Part shown: positions 21,906 to 32,011 of the stretch, piece by piece
How the letters are laid out: each line of letters opens with the position of its first letter
Numbering within the stretch: the first letter of the stretch is position 1
Assembly: GCA_947628395.1 (NCBI GenBank)
Contig: CANQZP010000001.1
Span: 119-64,118 of the forward strand
Length of the DNA: 64,000 nucleotides
Source of the DNA: an uncultured Clostridia bacterium
GTDB taxonomy: Bacteria; Bacillota; Clostridia; TANB77; CAG-508
Reading direction: 5' to 3'
The notes under the pieces: generated by a model
Told to the model about the DNA's origin: nothing
Databases searched by the model: none
The model's input: the letters and a program-made list of their open reading frames with translations, nothing else
Made by a program: the position numbers and the translations under genes

Positions 21906-24900
21906 AATATCACCTCTTTTCCTTTATCAATACGCCTTTTGATTACATACCCAAGCAGTAACAAATTAATCAGAACAGTCAAAATAATCATTGTACTTAT
22001 CAATCCTCCACCTGTTCCAATTGAAATGATAACATCAGCCTGTCCAAAATCATCTTCACTAGAAGAAGCATTTCCTGGAGTTGAATCAATATCAGTAACA
22101 CCTAATTCATTACTGCTACTAACTATTTCTGCTTTATTACTACTAATTCCTGTATTAGATTCAGTCATAGCTTTAGAAACTATTAGAGTGATTTCTTTAG
22201 TTTCTTTTGGATTAATTATAGTATTTGCCAATTCTTCATTATATGCATTACCATCTTTTCCAATATACCAACCAGGATTTATCTCAGTATTTAAAGAAGC
22301 ATCTTTGGGAAGGTAATCTACAATTTTTGAAGCAGTTCCTGAAACTTGTCCATTATTAGTTACTTTTATCTTATACTCAATATATACAGTTGATGAATTT
22401 AAGTCTTTAGATTTGATTTCTGTTTTAGCTAAAGTAGAATCATTTCCTTGTACTACATTTGTTCCTTTATCATTTTGAACTGTTATTTTAGAAACCGTTT
22501 TTTCTAAAGATAAGTCAAATATATTTCCTTGTATCAAGCCAATATCTATATTACTTATACTTGAATCTACAATCATAATTGTATCTGTTTTTGATTGTCC
22601 ATTAGTAAGAATAACATCAGAGTTTTTATCACTAGATACTCCAGACTTTTTAAAGTCTGTTAAAGAATATACTTCAGAATCATATTCAAAAACAGCATAA
22701 TAGTTTCCTTCTGGAAGGTTAGGTAAAATATATCCACCAGCACCATCAGTAACCACTTTTCTAACTAAAGAATTAGAATCAGCAGTATATAAATTAACAA
22801 CAATATTTTCTATACCTTTTTCACCAGAATCTCTACTACCATTTTTATTAGAATCATTCCATGCTGTACCTGTTATTTTATAATCACCAGTCATTCCTGA
22901 ATTACCATTGCCATTTAATCCAACATTAGAATTTCCTGAGTTATTTCCATTATTGGAATTGCCAGAATTTCCAGATATATTATTTTCTTGAATAATTGTT
23001 TCTAAAGTGTTTGTTTTTTGCAAACTTGTACCCGTAGAAATAGTAATATAATTACTTATTACTTTTTCTCTTTCTGATATATCATTTGTCATACATATAA
23101 TTCTTATTTTAGCTTTTTCATTAGAACGTAAGATACCATTATAATTTAAAGTATTATTATCTACACTCATATAATTAGTTTGTCCATTTTTTTCAAACTC
23201 ACCTGAAATTAGTTTTAATTCTTCTGGAAATATAGAGTTTATATTTAAATCATATATATCAATAGTATTTGTATTAACTAAATCCAATATATATTCAACT
23301 TCTTGATTTTCTTTTACATAATTATTTCCTGTAGAATTATAATAATTTGCTTCTACTAATTTATTTTCTACTCTATATTTTAATGTATTTGATTCATATT
23401 CTTTAGATAGGTCTTCAGAAGAAATATTTGCTTTAATTTCAAATTCTTTTGAAGGTTCTGAAGTTCCTAATTCAGGTTTTACTGTTAAATATAGTTTTTC
23501 AACTTGAGCTCTATTTATTTCATTTATCTTCCATATTACTTTTCTATTTGAGTCATTATATTTTCCATCGCCAACACCAGATGAAGTAGCTTTAACAAAA
23601 GATAATCCTTCTGGTAAAATCAAAGAAACTTCTGAATTAGTAAGCATAGCACCTGTTTTATTAACAACATCTATCTCTAGTTCTAGTTCTTTTTCAGGAA
23701 CTATAGTTCCACTATTTTTATCTTTGTCATAATTATCTCCTAATATTACTAAATCTACTTCTGAAGGTACATATTTTTTAGAAGTAGTATCTTGAGTTTG
23801 ATTCTGACTTGCTGTTAAAAATGGTATGCTTGGAGAACTTTCTAATATAGAAGTAAACATTCCAATTTGAGCATCTTCATTATTATTTGTATTTGGATTT
23901 TCTTCTTCAGCCTCTTCTTCTGTCTCTTCAACCTCAGCAGGTTCTTCTGTAACAAGTCCAACCTTTTGTGCTTCAACTAATTTAGTAGCAATATCAGTAT
24001 CAAAATATGTACCAAAAGTACCATATATATTGCTTCCTAAATCTAATTTTTCTGGTATTTCAAAATTATAATTAAATACTAAGCTTTCACCTACATTAAT
24101 ATTTCCTTCTGGAACTATTAAGAAAGATTTTATATTATCAAGATTTTCTGGTTCTTTTATCCAACCATTATCAGGGTTTTCTATCTCTCTTGTTGCTTCT
24201 CCGTTTTCTGAATAATATACAGAAAATTCTTTATCTCCACTTACTTCCTTTATTCCATCTAACATTTTTACATCAATATTAGTACCTAAATCATCAGAAT
24301 TTATCAAAGTTTTGTTTTCTTTGAATGCCATTCTTCCTAAAACAGAAGGGTTTTGCATAACTTCTTCACCGTTATTTATTATAATCAAGTCCATACTTGC
24401 ATCCTTTTTCTCAGAGTCATCTGGAATAATTGCAGTTTTTTCGCCTTGATTCATAGACATAACTGTTACATTGTCAGTATTTTCAGAAATTCTTTGACTA
24501 TTAACTATACCATTTGCTCCAACAAATTGGATATTTAGATATTCTCTTGCTGTTCCATCAACTATTTCTGATCCGTAATTTGTAGCATTTGGATTAATAT
24601 AATGTAATTCAATTTTAGCTTCTTTATTTGGAGTATATAAATCTGCTTGTAAATCTGTTTTTATAACAATAGAAGTACCTTTTTCTATATCTCCTTGACT
24701 AAAGCTTGTTTGAGTACCTTGTAATTTAAGAACAATAACTACTTGTCCTTGTTCATTTACAAAACTTCTAGACTCAGCAATTTTTAGTTCATCATTACCA
24801 TATAGTAAGTTAATATCTTTTATATTAACTGTTTGTATTTCTTTTGGTAAAACAATCTCAAACTCAGGATTAATAAACATATCACTTGATACGCTTGAAT

Positions 24901-26803
24901 TATTTAAATTTATATTAAATTGAACATCTTCATTATTTACTAATGTACTTAGCGTTCCTCTAGACATCTCCATATTAACTCTTGTAGAAGTTCCGTTTAA
25001 AACTGTTTTTATTTCTTTTGTACCTAATTCAGATACAATATCATCATAAGTTGCAGTTGCTATATATGTATTACTTATAGCAGTGAATGCTACAAGAGAT
25101 TCTTTTGTATAATTACTTTTAGAAATTGCTTTAGTGTTTTGGATATTTAATATTCCCTCTTTTTCAGGATTATTAATTCTTATTAAAATTTTTCCTATTT
25201 TATTTGTATAGCTTAATACTATATTTCCTTCTTCATTTGTTTCAGTATCTTTATTTAGAGTAATTAAATTTTCTCCTTTATCATTTAATATTTCTAAATT
25301 ACCATTTTCTCCAATTATATTAACTAGATTTTCTTTATTTAAAATAGTAGTTTTATAATATGTTTCTGTTCCATTTTCAGTTGTTGTATTATATTTAGCT
25401 CCTGTAGAATCTTGATAGCTTTCGTCTTGCTCGTTTATATCTATTCTTTTTATGCTATTTGCTTTTGAAATGTTTATACCTATTTCATTTTTATATTCTG
25501 TTTCATAGAAATTTTCTTGTTTATTTACATTTGCATATAAATATCCTTTACTAATTTCATTAGTTAAATTAGATACATCATAAGTTATTTTGTTTGTATT
25601 TGCATCATCTAATTTATATTCTTGTTCAATTAAACCTTGTTCTTGCTTAGTATCTAAATTATTAAATAAATCAATACTAGCCTCTATAGTAGATTTTATT
25701 ACTGGATTTTCAATGTTTTGAGCATTATTAAATGTCATCTCTATTAAATACTCATCTTTTCCTTTTGTATTTCTATACTTTCCGTCTGTTTCTTTGTTTT
25801 CTATGTTTATTCTTAACCTTCCATCATCTTCTAGACCAAAATTCTCTTCTGTAAATTCTACTTCTTGACCTTGTCTTCCATTTGTAAATGCTGTGTTTTT
25901 TGCCATTACAATTATTTTTTCTATTTCTGGTTTTTCTTTTCCCTCTTGAACTTCTAAGTCTGGTAAAGTAATTTTTAAATTTGTTTGTTTTACTGGTAAA
26001 ATAATTTCACTATTTTTTTCTTCTACATCTACTTTTATTTGTACAATAGCATAATCTTTTTCATCTTGTTTATATTTAATATATTTTTCAATATTACTAT
26101 TAATAGATATTTGTCTGTTATTTTCTATTTCGATTTTTACGTTTCCTTGTTTTTCTACTTTCTCTTCTTCACCATCTTCATTAACATAGCTTCCAACTAA
26201 ACTTATTTTTGTTCCATTTTGTAAATTTGCTATATTTACTGACTCTTGTTTTTTGATTTCTAATGGAATATTTAATTCATATTTATCTTTTGCATCTATA
26301 GTATTTAATTTAATAATTCCATTCTCTACAGATTGTACTATTGGGCTTTCTAATGTTCCTAAATTAAATATTTGATTTTCTAAATCTTCTATCTGTAACT
26401 TAGCATTTTTCAAATATCCAATATCTTTTATTCCTACAGTTATTTTAAGAGCATATTCAATATTTACTTTTTCAGGAGATTCAGGTTCTGGAGAATTTTG
26501 ATCCACTTCGTTTTCTTGTGGCTGATTTATTTCTTCTTGCTTAGGATTTTCTTCATCAGTAGTTTCTGCTTGTTCCTGATTTTCTTCGTTTTCATCTTTA
26601 GGAGCTTCTTCATCAGTTTGCAGTTCTTCTTCCTCCGAATCCTCTGTAATTTTTACTATTTCCGCATTAAAAATTACTTGATCTTCTTCGTCACTAGCAT
26701 ATATGACATAGATGTTACTTAAAGTCACCATATAAGACATCATCAAGCAAATTATAAGCAATACAGATATTAGTTTTTCTCTTACACTCTTAATTTTTTG
26801 CAT
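21902..26803 (-). CDS. Giant secreted cell-surface protein (B-type) with an acidic low-complexity N-terminal region, an Asn/Gly/Ser linker, a C-terminal SdrD-B-like domain, and an SIGTG motif followed by a TM helix and basic tail
   Basis: Probable start at ATG 26803 (MQKIK...) preceded by ggaggt; the ORF track extends to 26857. Signal peptide present. C-terminus YKITGTAWNDSNKNGSRD...GNYYAVFEYD, then ...IISIGTGGG + hydrophobic stretch + KRRIDKGK. Paralog of the 1663-aa protein. Confidence 0.8.
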   Translation of the reverse strand: MQKIKSVREKLISVLLIICLMMSYMVTLSNIYVIYASDEEDQVIFNAEIVKITEDSEEEELQTDEEAPKDENEENQEQAETTDEENPKQEEINQPQENEVDQNSPEPESPEKVNIEYALKITVGIKDIGYLKNAKLQIEDLENQIFNLGTLESPIVQSVENGIIKLNTIDAKDKYELNIPLEIKKQESVNIANLQNGTKISLVGSYVNEDGEEEKVEKQGNVKIEIENNRQISINSNIEKYIKYKQDEKDYAIVQIKVDVEEKNSEIILPVKQTNLKITLPDLEVQEGKEKPEIEKIIVMAKNTAFTNGRQGQEVEFTEENFGLEDDGRLRINIENKETDGKYRNTKGKDEYLIEMTFNNAQNIENPVIKSTIEASIDLFNNLDTKQEQGLIEQEYKLDDANTNKITYDVSNLTNEISKGYLYANVNKQENFYETEYKNEIGINISKANSIKRIDINEQDESYQDSTGAKYNTTTENGTETYYKTTILNKENLVNIIGENGNLEILNDKGENLITLNKDTETNEEGNIVLSYTNKIGKILIRINNPEKEGILNIQNTKAISKSNYTKESLVAFTAISNTYIATATYDDIVSELGTKEIKTVLNGTSTRVNMEMSRGTLSTLVNNEDVQFNINLNNSSVSSDMFINPEFEIVLPKEIQTVNIKDINLLYGNDELKIAESRSFVNEQGQVVIVLKLQGTQTSFSQGDIEKGTSIVIKTDLQADLYTPNKEAKIELHYINPNATNYGSEIVDGTAREYLNIQFVGANGIVNSQRISENTDNVTVMSMNQGEKTAIIPDDSEKKDASMDLIIINNGEEVMQNPSVLGRMAFKENKTLINSDDLGTNIDVKMLDGIKEVSGDKEFSVYYSENGEATREIENPDNGWIKEPENLDNIKSFLIVPEGNINVGESLVFNYNFEIPEKLDLGSNIYGTFGTYFDTDIATKLVEAQKVGLVTEEPAEVEETEEEAEEENPNTNNNEDAQIGMFTSILESSPSIPFLTASQNQTQDTTSKKYVPSEVDLVILGDNYDKDKNSGTIVPEKELELEIDVVNKTGAMLTNSEVSLILPEGLSFVKATSSGVGDGKYNDSNRKVIWKINEINRAQVEKLYLTVKPELGTSEPSKEFEIKANISSEDLSKEYESNTLKYRVENKLVEANYYNSTGNNYVKENQEVEYILDLVNTNTIDIYDLNINSIFPEELKLISGEFEKNGQTNYMSVDNNTLNYNGILRSNEKAKIRIICMTNDISEREKVISNYITISTGTSLQKTNTLETIIQENNISGNSGNSNNGNNSGNSNVGLNGNGNSGMTGDYKITGTAWNDSNKNGSRDSGEKGIENIVVNLYTADSNSLVRKVVTDGAGGYILPNLPEGNYYAVFEYDSEVYSLTDFKKSGVSSDKNSDVILTNGQSKTDTIMIVDSSISNIDIGLIQGNIFDLSLEKTVSKITVQNDKGTNVVQGNDSTLAKTEIKSKDLNSSTVYIEYKIKVTNNGQVSGTASKIVDYLPKDASLNTEINPGWYIGKDGNAYNEELANTIINPKETKEITLIVSKAMTESNTGISSNKAEIVSSSNELGVTDIDSTPGNASSSEDDFGQADVIISIGTGGGLISTMIILTVLINLLLLGYVIKRRIDKGKEVIL

Positions 26804-27117
26804 CTTGTACCTCCAATAATACTTTGAGTCGCCAGTTGCCAAACATTTTCCCAGCATGCTAATTTTTATTTTAATAACTTTTTATTTACTGTCAATCTAC
26901 TTAAATTTTCTTTTTTCTTTATTTTTTTATTTTTATTTTTTCTTTTTTTACGGAAATTAGTAGTTTTTGTCGATTATTACATTTAAATTAAATTTTCAAT
27001 TCAATTATATTTTTTTATCTTTTTTGAGATACATAATTCTTATTATGTACCTACCATAAAGACAAAAAATATTGTTTTTCCATTTTTAAAAATCAACAAA
27101 CAGAAAGCCCAAATTAA

Positions 27118-27225
27118 GGTTGGACTAGGGGCAGACACAAGGCCTGCCCCTACACGTCTCCGTCCATCTTGCCACCAAAACCCAATGCAAACCGTAGGGG
27201 CGATTATCAATCGCCCGCTTCTTCG
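27118..27225. repeat. Composite palindromic repeat (A hairpin aggggcagacacaaggcctgcccct + cgtctccgtcc + linker + aaatgcaaaccgta + B hairpin ggggcgattatcaatcgccc)
   Basis: Near-identical to 27507-27620 and, in the opposite orientation, to 1006-1113. Confidence 0.8.
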
Positions 27226-27349
27226 AATGTCAGCATACTTATAATTCTCGTCCTATCTTAATAACTTTATATAGACACGCATATAAAACGCCTACATTTC
27301 ATATATTAAAATAAAAGTTTATTTAATTTATATAGATTGGAGATGATAA

Positions 27350-27496
27350 TTTGAACAAGATGGAAATGAATATGCTTCTTAATATGCTTTCAGAAATGGA
27401 TAAAAAAGACTTAGAAATGGGAATTGCCAAAGCTCAAGAAGTTCTAAAAAATAAAGATGCAAACTCAATAATAAACGATTTAGGTAAAAATAATTA
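27350..27496 (+). CDS. Small hypothetical protein (~48 aa), TTG start
   Basis: Short ORF MNKMEMNMLLNMLSEMDKKDLEMGIAKAQEVLKNKDANSIINDLGKNN after ggaga. It is bracketed by two copies of the composite repeat. Confidence 0.3.
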
Positions 27497-27506
27497 GATT
27501 AAACCA

Positions 27507-27620
27507 ACCGTAGTGGAGGACTAAAGGGCAGACAAAAGACCTGCTCCTACTTTCGTCCGTCCAAAAAACAAGATAAAACCAAATGCAAACCGTAAGGGCG
27601 ATGATGGCATCGCCCGCAAT
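27507..27620. repeat. Composite palindromic repeat, second direct copy
   Basis: ggactaaagggcagacaaaagacctgctcctactttcgtccgtcc...aaatgcaaaccgtaagggcgatgatggcatcgccc. Matches 27118-27225. Confidence 0.8.
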
Positions 27621-27641
27621 TATAAATTAAGGAGGGATAAA

Positions 27642-27977
27642 ATGGATGAAGAATTAATAAATAAATTCTCAGAAATATTAAAAGAAAAAAATATTGACTT
27701 AAATTCAGTCTTAGAAAACTTTAATTCCAATTCTAATACCCCCTCTAATAACAACACTAACTCAGAAAAAAACTCAAACGATTTCGATATCAATACAATA
27801 TTAAAAATAAAAAAAATACTCGACAGCACTAACTCTTCAAACAATGATTCAAATTTACTAATGGCTCTAAAACCCTATCTTAGAAATAGCAGGCAGGAAA
27901 AAATAGACCAATACGCAAAAATGTTAAAAATAGCTAAAGCTTTTCAATCTTTTCAAAATATGGGTGGTGATAAATAA
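27642..27977 (+). CDS. Hypothetical Asn/Ser-rich small protein
   Basis: 111-aa ORF preceded by aaggaggg. No recognisable domain. Confidence 0.5.
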   Translation: MDEELINKFSEILKEKNIDLNSVLENFNSNSNTPSNNNTNSEKNSNDFDINTILKIKKILDSTNSSNNDSNLLMALKPYLRNSRQEKIDQYAKMLKIAKAFQSFQNMGGDK

Positions 27978-28288
27978 TGCCTTTTAATAATATGTTTTAT
28001 CCTCCATATTTTCCTATGAAAAGAAATTATTTTCCTGTTTCCAATTACAATACTAATAATACACCTGAAATAGAATCTACTGAAACTAGAAATAAAGCAA
28101 AAAAAGAAAAGAAATCAAATTTAAATAATCTCTTTTCTTTTCTCAATATAGATTCAGACGACTTACTAATTCTAGCTATTCTTTTCTTTTTATACTTAGA
28201 AAAATGCGACAATATATTGCTATATGGAATATTAATTCTCTTATTATTAGATATTGACCTTGACTCAATTTTTAATTTTATAATATAA
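27977..28288 (+). CDS. Hypothetical small protein with a hydrophobic C-terminus
   Basis: 103-aa ORF whose start overlaps the previous stop (ATAATG). Confidence 0.45.
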   Translation: MPFNNMFYPPYFPMKRNYFPVSNYNTNNTPEIESTETRNKAKKEKKSNLNNLFSFLNIDSDDLLILAILFFLYLEKCDNILLYGILILLLLDIDLDSIFNFII

Positions 28289-28295
28289 GACGGGA

Positions 28296-28440
28296 ATTTT
28301 TAATCGCCCATTCTTTGAAGAAGGGCAGACTTAGAGGCCTGCCCCTACATTTTTTGCAATGATATATCCTTCTCTTTGTCATTACCCTATATTTGTAGGG
28401 GCAGGGCTCGTCTCCGCCCTTCTAATCGCCCCTACAAATT
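28296..28440. repeat. Composite A/B palindromic repeat, direct copy of 29237-29350; flanks minC
   Basis: ...gggcagacttagaggcctgcccctacattttttgcaatgatatat..ttaccctatatttgtaggggc.gggct.gtctccgcccttctaatcgcccctaca. About 90% identical to the copy on the other side of minC. Confidence 0.8.
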
Positions 28441-28447
28441 GAGATTT

Positions 28448-28570
28448 TCAGACAGGGGAACGCAAACGAAAAACAAAAAAGAAACAAGCTTTTTCAGACA
28501 GGGGGACGGAGTTATTTGTCTAAGAATTGAAAATTCTTAGACAAATAACTCCGTCCCCTCTGTCTGAAAT
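28448..28570. repeat. ~76-bp near-perfect palindrome (cagacagggggacggagttatttgtctaagaatt-gaaaa-aattcttagacaaataactccgtcccctctgtctg), preceded by an extra half-site
   Basis: Family with four full copies in the window (28494-28570, 43109-43178, 48846-48920, 54901-54975). Always intergenic, just 3' of a minus-strand gene. Confidence 0.85.
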
Positions 28571-28590
28571 AATTAAATTCCCCTATAATT

Positions 28591-29226
28591 TTATTCAATA
28601 ACAATATTATCTTCATCTAAATAAATAAAAGGTAATTTTATATCAGTATTATCTATTTCTTTCACAACATTTGCAATTCTAACTTGAATACAATCTATAG
28701 AATTTGCTGAAATAATGGCCTTTTTATTACCATTTGCACCAGCATGAGCTAGTCCTCTTAATGTTCCTGTAACAATAATATTTTCTCCAGCAATTACCTC
28801 TGCTCCATAATTCAAATCCCCAAGAACAACAATACTTCCAGTAAATTCTTCTTTTTGACCTGAACGAAGTGAACCTCTTATAAACTTAGTATCTGATGTA
28901 TCTATATCGCTCTCATACGTCTTTTTTATTGCGTGAAGTCCTAAAAGCTCAGAAGTTTCTCCAAAGGTTATTCTAACATCTATTGATTTTGAAATTAATT
29001 TCTTAATTTCATCTTTTTCTTTTTCTTTTAAAACCTTTCCTATAATATGTATAGGCGTTTTTTCTTTATCATAATATTTTTTAAGCCTTGGCATTTTAGA
29101 AGTTAATTCTTCAATAATTTGATTTTGCTCTGCTTCTGCATTAATAGTTATCTTTAATTCTTCTTTTGTAACTGTAATTCTAATACAACTTCTCATTTTC
29201 CCCTCCATTTTATTTTTTACAATCAA
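28591..29226 (-). CDS. minC: Septum site-determining protein MinC
   Basis: C-terminal beta-helix motifs GSLRSGQ..., IVVLGDLNYGAEVIAGENIIVTGTLRGLAHAG. No minD or minE follows. Confidence 0.75.
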   Translation of the reverse strand: MIVKNKMEGKMRSCIRITVTKEELKITINAEAEQNQIIEELTSKMPRLKKYYDKEKTPIHIIGKVLKEKEKDEIKKLISKSIDVRITFGETSELLGLHAIKKTYESDIDTSDTKFIRGSLRSGQKEEFTGSIVVLGDLNYGAEVIAGENIIVTGTLRGLAHAGANGNKKAIISANSIDCIQVRIANVVKEIDNTDIKLPFIYLDEDNIVIE

Positions 29227-29236
29227 ATATATTTTC

Positions 29237-29350
29237 TGTCGGGCGGACTTAGAGGCCCGCCCCTACATTTTTTGCAATGATATATTCTTCTTGTTATTAC
29301 CCTATATTTGTAGGGGCGGGGCTTGTCTCCGCCCTTCTAATCGCCCCTAC
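29237..29350. repeat. Composite A/B palindromic repeat, direct copy of 28296-28440
   Basis: See 28296-28440. Confidence 0.8.
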
Positions 29351-29354
29351 AGAT

Positions 29355-31447
29355 TTATCTCAAACTTTCTGTATCATAAAGTGCTGACATATTTTCTTTA
29401 ATTTCCTCTATATTCATTCCAAAATACTCACCAATAATATTCCTTACAACCTCAGCAGTATAATTTCCATGACCACCATTTTCAACTAAAACCACAACCG
29501 CAATCTCAGGGTTATCAAAAGGAGCAAAGCCAGCAAACCATGCATTAGTATAGTTTCCAGCTTCTGTAGATCCAGTCTTTCCACCAACAGGTATTTCAAA
29601 TCCTTCAAATATAGAATAAGCAGTTCCACCTACTTCCTCTGTAACTGACCTCATACCCTCCAAAACAGCATTAATATTTTGCTCATTCATACTAACACTT
29701 TCTGTATAAACATCATCTAATCCTAATTTTTCATTAACATATTTTTCTATTTCTTCTTTTGGAACTTTATTTCCTTCAGAAGTAACAATATTTTGAATTA
29801 TAGTAGGTTTTACAACTTGACCCTTGTTAGCTATCATTGCTACATATTTAGCTACTTGAATAGGTGTAAAGTCATTATAACTTTGACCTATAGCTGCAGA
29901 TAAAGTGCTTCCTTCAGTCCAGCTATCCCCCTTCTTCTGAGCAGTCTCAGCAGAAGCTAAAGTTCCTGTGCTTTCATTTGGAAGTTCAATTCCTGTTTTT
30001 CTACCTAATCCAAAATAACTAGCGTATGCAGATAATCTATCTATTCCTAACCTATATCCCATTTCATAGAAAAAGTAATTACAAGATTTTTGAATAGCGC
30101 CAGATACATTTAAAGGTCCATGTCCATAACCATAATCATTATAAATCCAACATGCTGGTCTATGTGCTCTAGGATATATTCCGAGTATCATTTATTCTTT
30201 CAGTTGGAGTAACAACACCTGTCTCTAAAGCAGCTACTGCTGTAGCCATCTTAAATATAGAACCCGGTGCATACGTTCCTTGTATAGCTCTATTTAAAAT
30301 TGCAGAATTATTTTGATATTCATTCCATTTTTCATTAGATATTCCATTTAAAAATTGTCCTGGCTCATAATCTGGACAGCTTGCCATAGCTAAAACTTCA
30401 CCTGTTTTTATATTTAAAACAACTACTGCTCCGTCCTTGTGCATTATAAGCTTCTCCAAATCCACCAGATTTAATTTTTTCTATATTAGTTTTTAAAGAT
30501 TGTTCAGCTATATTTTGCAAATTTGCATCTATTGTCAAAACTACATTTGCTCCACCTATAGCTTCTTTCGTAGTATATTCTCCAGATGTTGCTCCATCTA
30601 CTGTCATATCTATCTGTTTAGTTCCATTTTCACCTTTTAAATAGTTTTCAAATAAATATTCAATTCCTGTTTTTCCAATATAATCATCAGCTTCATATTT
30701 ATCTTTCTTGTCAGAATATTCTTGCTCATCAATTCTACCAATGTATCCTATTGTATGAGAAGCTAAGCTTCCCTGAGAATAAACACGATTAGATTCAACC
30801 TCAATATTTATCCCCGGAAGTTCATTTCCTCTTTCACTTATCTGTAACATACTAGCTCTCGAAATATTTTGAGCAAGCTGAATTGGAGTAGTTGATGTAT
30901 ATCCTATACTTTCTATTGTATATCTTAATCCAATTACTTTTCTAAGACTAGCTACATCATCTATATTAACAGAATATTTATCTTTGAATTTATAAAAAGC
31001 TTCCTCTGGAGTAGCCTTCTCAGAAATCTCATATTTCTCCCTAAATTTAGAAAGTTCTTCTTCATTATCAAATTCATATTTAAAAGGATTTATTGAGATT
31101 GGAAACTCATCTATATATTTATCTTTATTATTTTCTAAAGTTTGTGCTAAAATCAAAAGTGCATTATTCATGTCATCATCTGAAGCTTTTGTTTTATATA
31201 AATCAACATTAAATCCCATTTGTGTATCAGCTAAAATTTTTCCTGTTCTATCTAATATTTTTCCTCTAGCCGCTTCTATTGTAGCTTCCTTAGAAAGCCT
31301 TATATTTGATGTTTCTCTATATTCTTTTCCATGAATAATTTGAAGATTGAATAATTGAATAATAAGCAAAATTCCAACCATATAAACTACTGTAGTTAGT
31401 ATATTAAACCTAAAATTTGTTTTTTCTAATTCAGTTTTTTTAGCCAA
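29355..31447 (-). pseudogene. mrdA: Penicillin-binding protein 2 (MrdA/PBP2 transpeptidase). As sequenced, the frame is split into three clean ORFs by two +1 shifts, each an extra C before a Gly codon (coding CGG at plus-strand 30431-30433 and 30181-30183)
   Basis: ORFs 30398-31447, 30169-30465 and 29355-30191 tile one PBP2: N-terminal TM, SxxK as SIFK, SCN, KTGS(TE) motifs. Deleting one C at each site gives ...EAYNAQGGAVVVLNIKTGEVLAMAS... and ...ERINDTGIYPRAH.... Confidence 0.7.
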
Positions 31448-31463
31448 ATATTCACCTTCTCTC

Positions 31464-31998
31464 TTAAAAATATCTAGTTAAAATATTTTTTTGTTTAAAA
31501 TACCCTTCTATTTTATATCCTACTTTTAATATTAATCTATATAAAATAATAGTAAGTATCGAATTATATAAAACCTCTATAAATAAAATTTTAATAAAAG
31601 ATTTTATTTCTACTGCCATTTCCAAAATAATAACATTTAAAAAATAATATCCAACTTCATAAAATATAGTTGTACCAATTACCATTATCATTATTGTTAA
31701 TTTACTATCTTTTGAAAAGTTTTTATCTATATATCCAGCAAGTACTCCTACTAAACATAACATAAAAGCAGATATTCCTATTGTTTTTCCAACAGCAAAA
31801 TCTAATGTTATTCCGGATTATAAGTCCCATAATCATAGAGAAAGTTCCTCCTGAAAATAATCCTAAAAATAGTATTAACATTATAAATAAATTTGGGCTC
31901 ACACCTGCTATTGTAAACCAACTAAAGAAATTAGCTTGTAGAAAATATATCAATAAAAATACAATATATGTAATTATTCCTATAAGTATTTTCTTCAT
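31464..31998 (-). pseudogene. mreD: Rod shape-determining protein MreD, split by one +1 shift (extra C before GGA; coding CGG at 31813-31815)
   Basis: Two overlapping ORFs (31723-31998, 31464-31763), both polytopic membrane segments. Deleting the C restores ...GLIIGITLDFAVGKTIGISAFMLCLVGVLAGYIDKN.... Confidence 0.65.
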
Positions 31999-32011
31999 TT
32001 ACTAATCCTTT

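Noticed and set aside
27642-28288. Asn-rich small proteins as a toxin-antitoxin or bacteriocin pair
   Set aside because: No recognisable toxin or immunity motifs. The low-complexity N-rich composition fits the AT-rich genome. Left as hypothetical.
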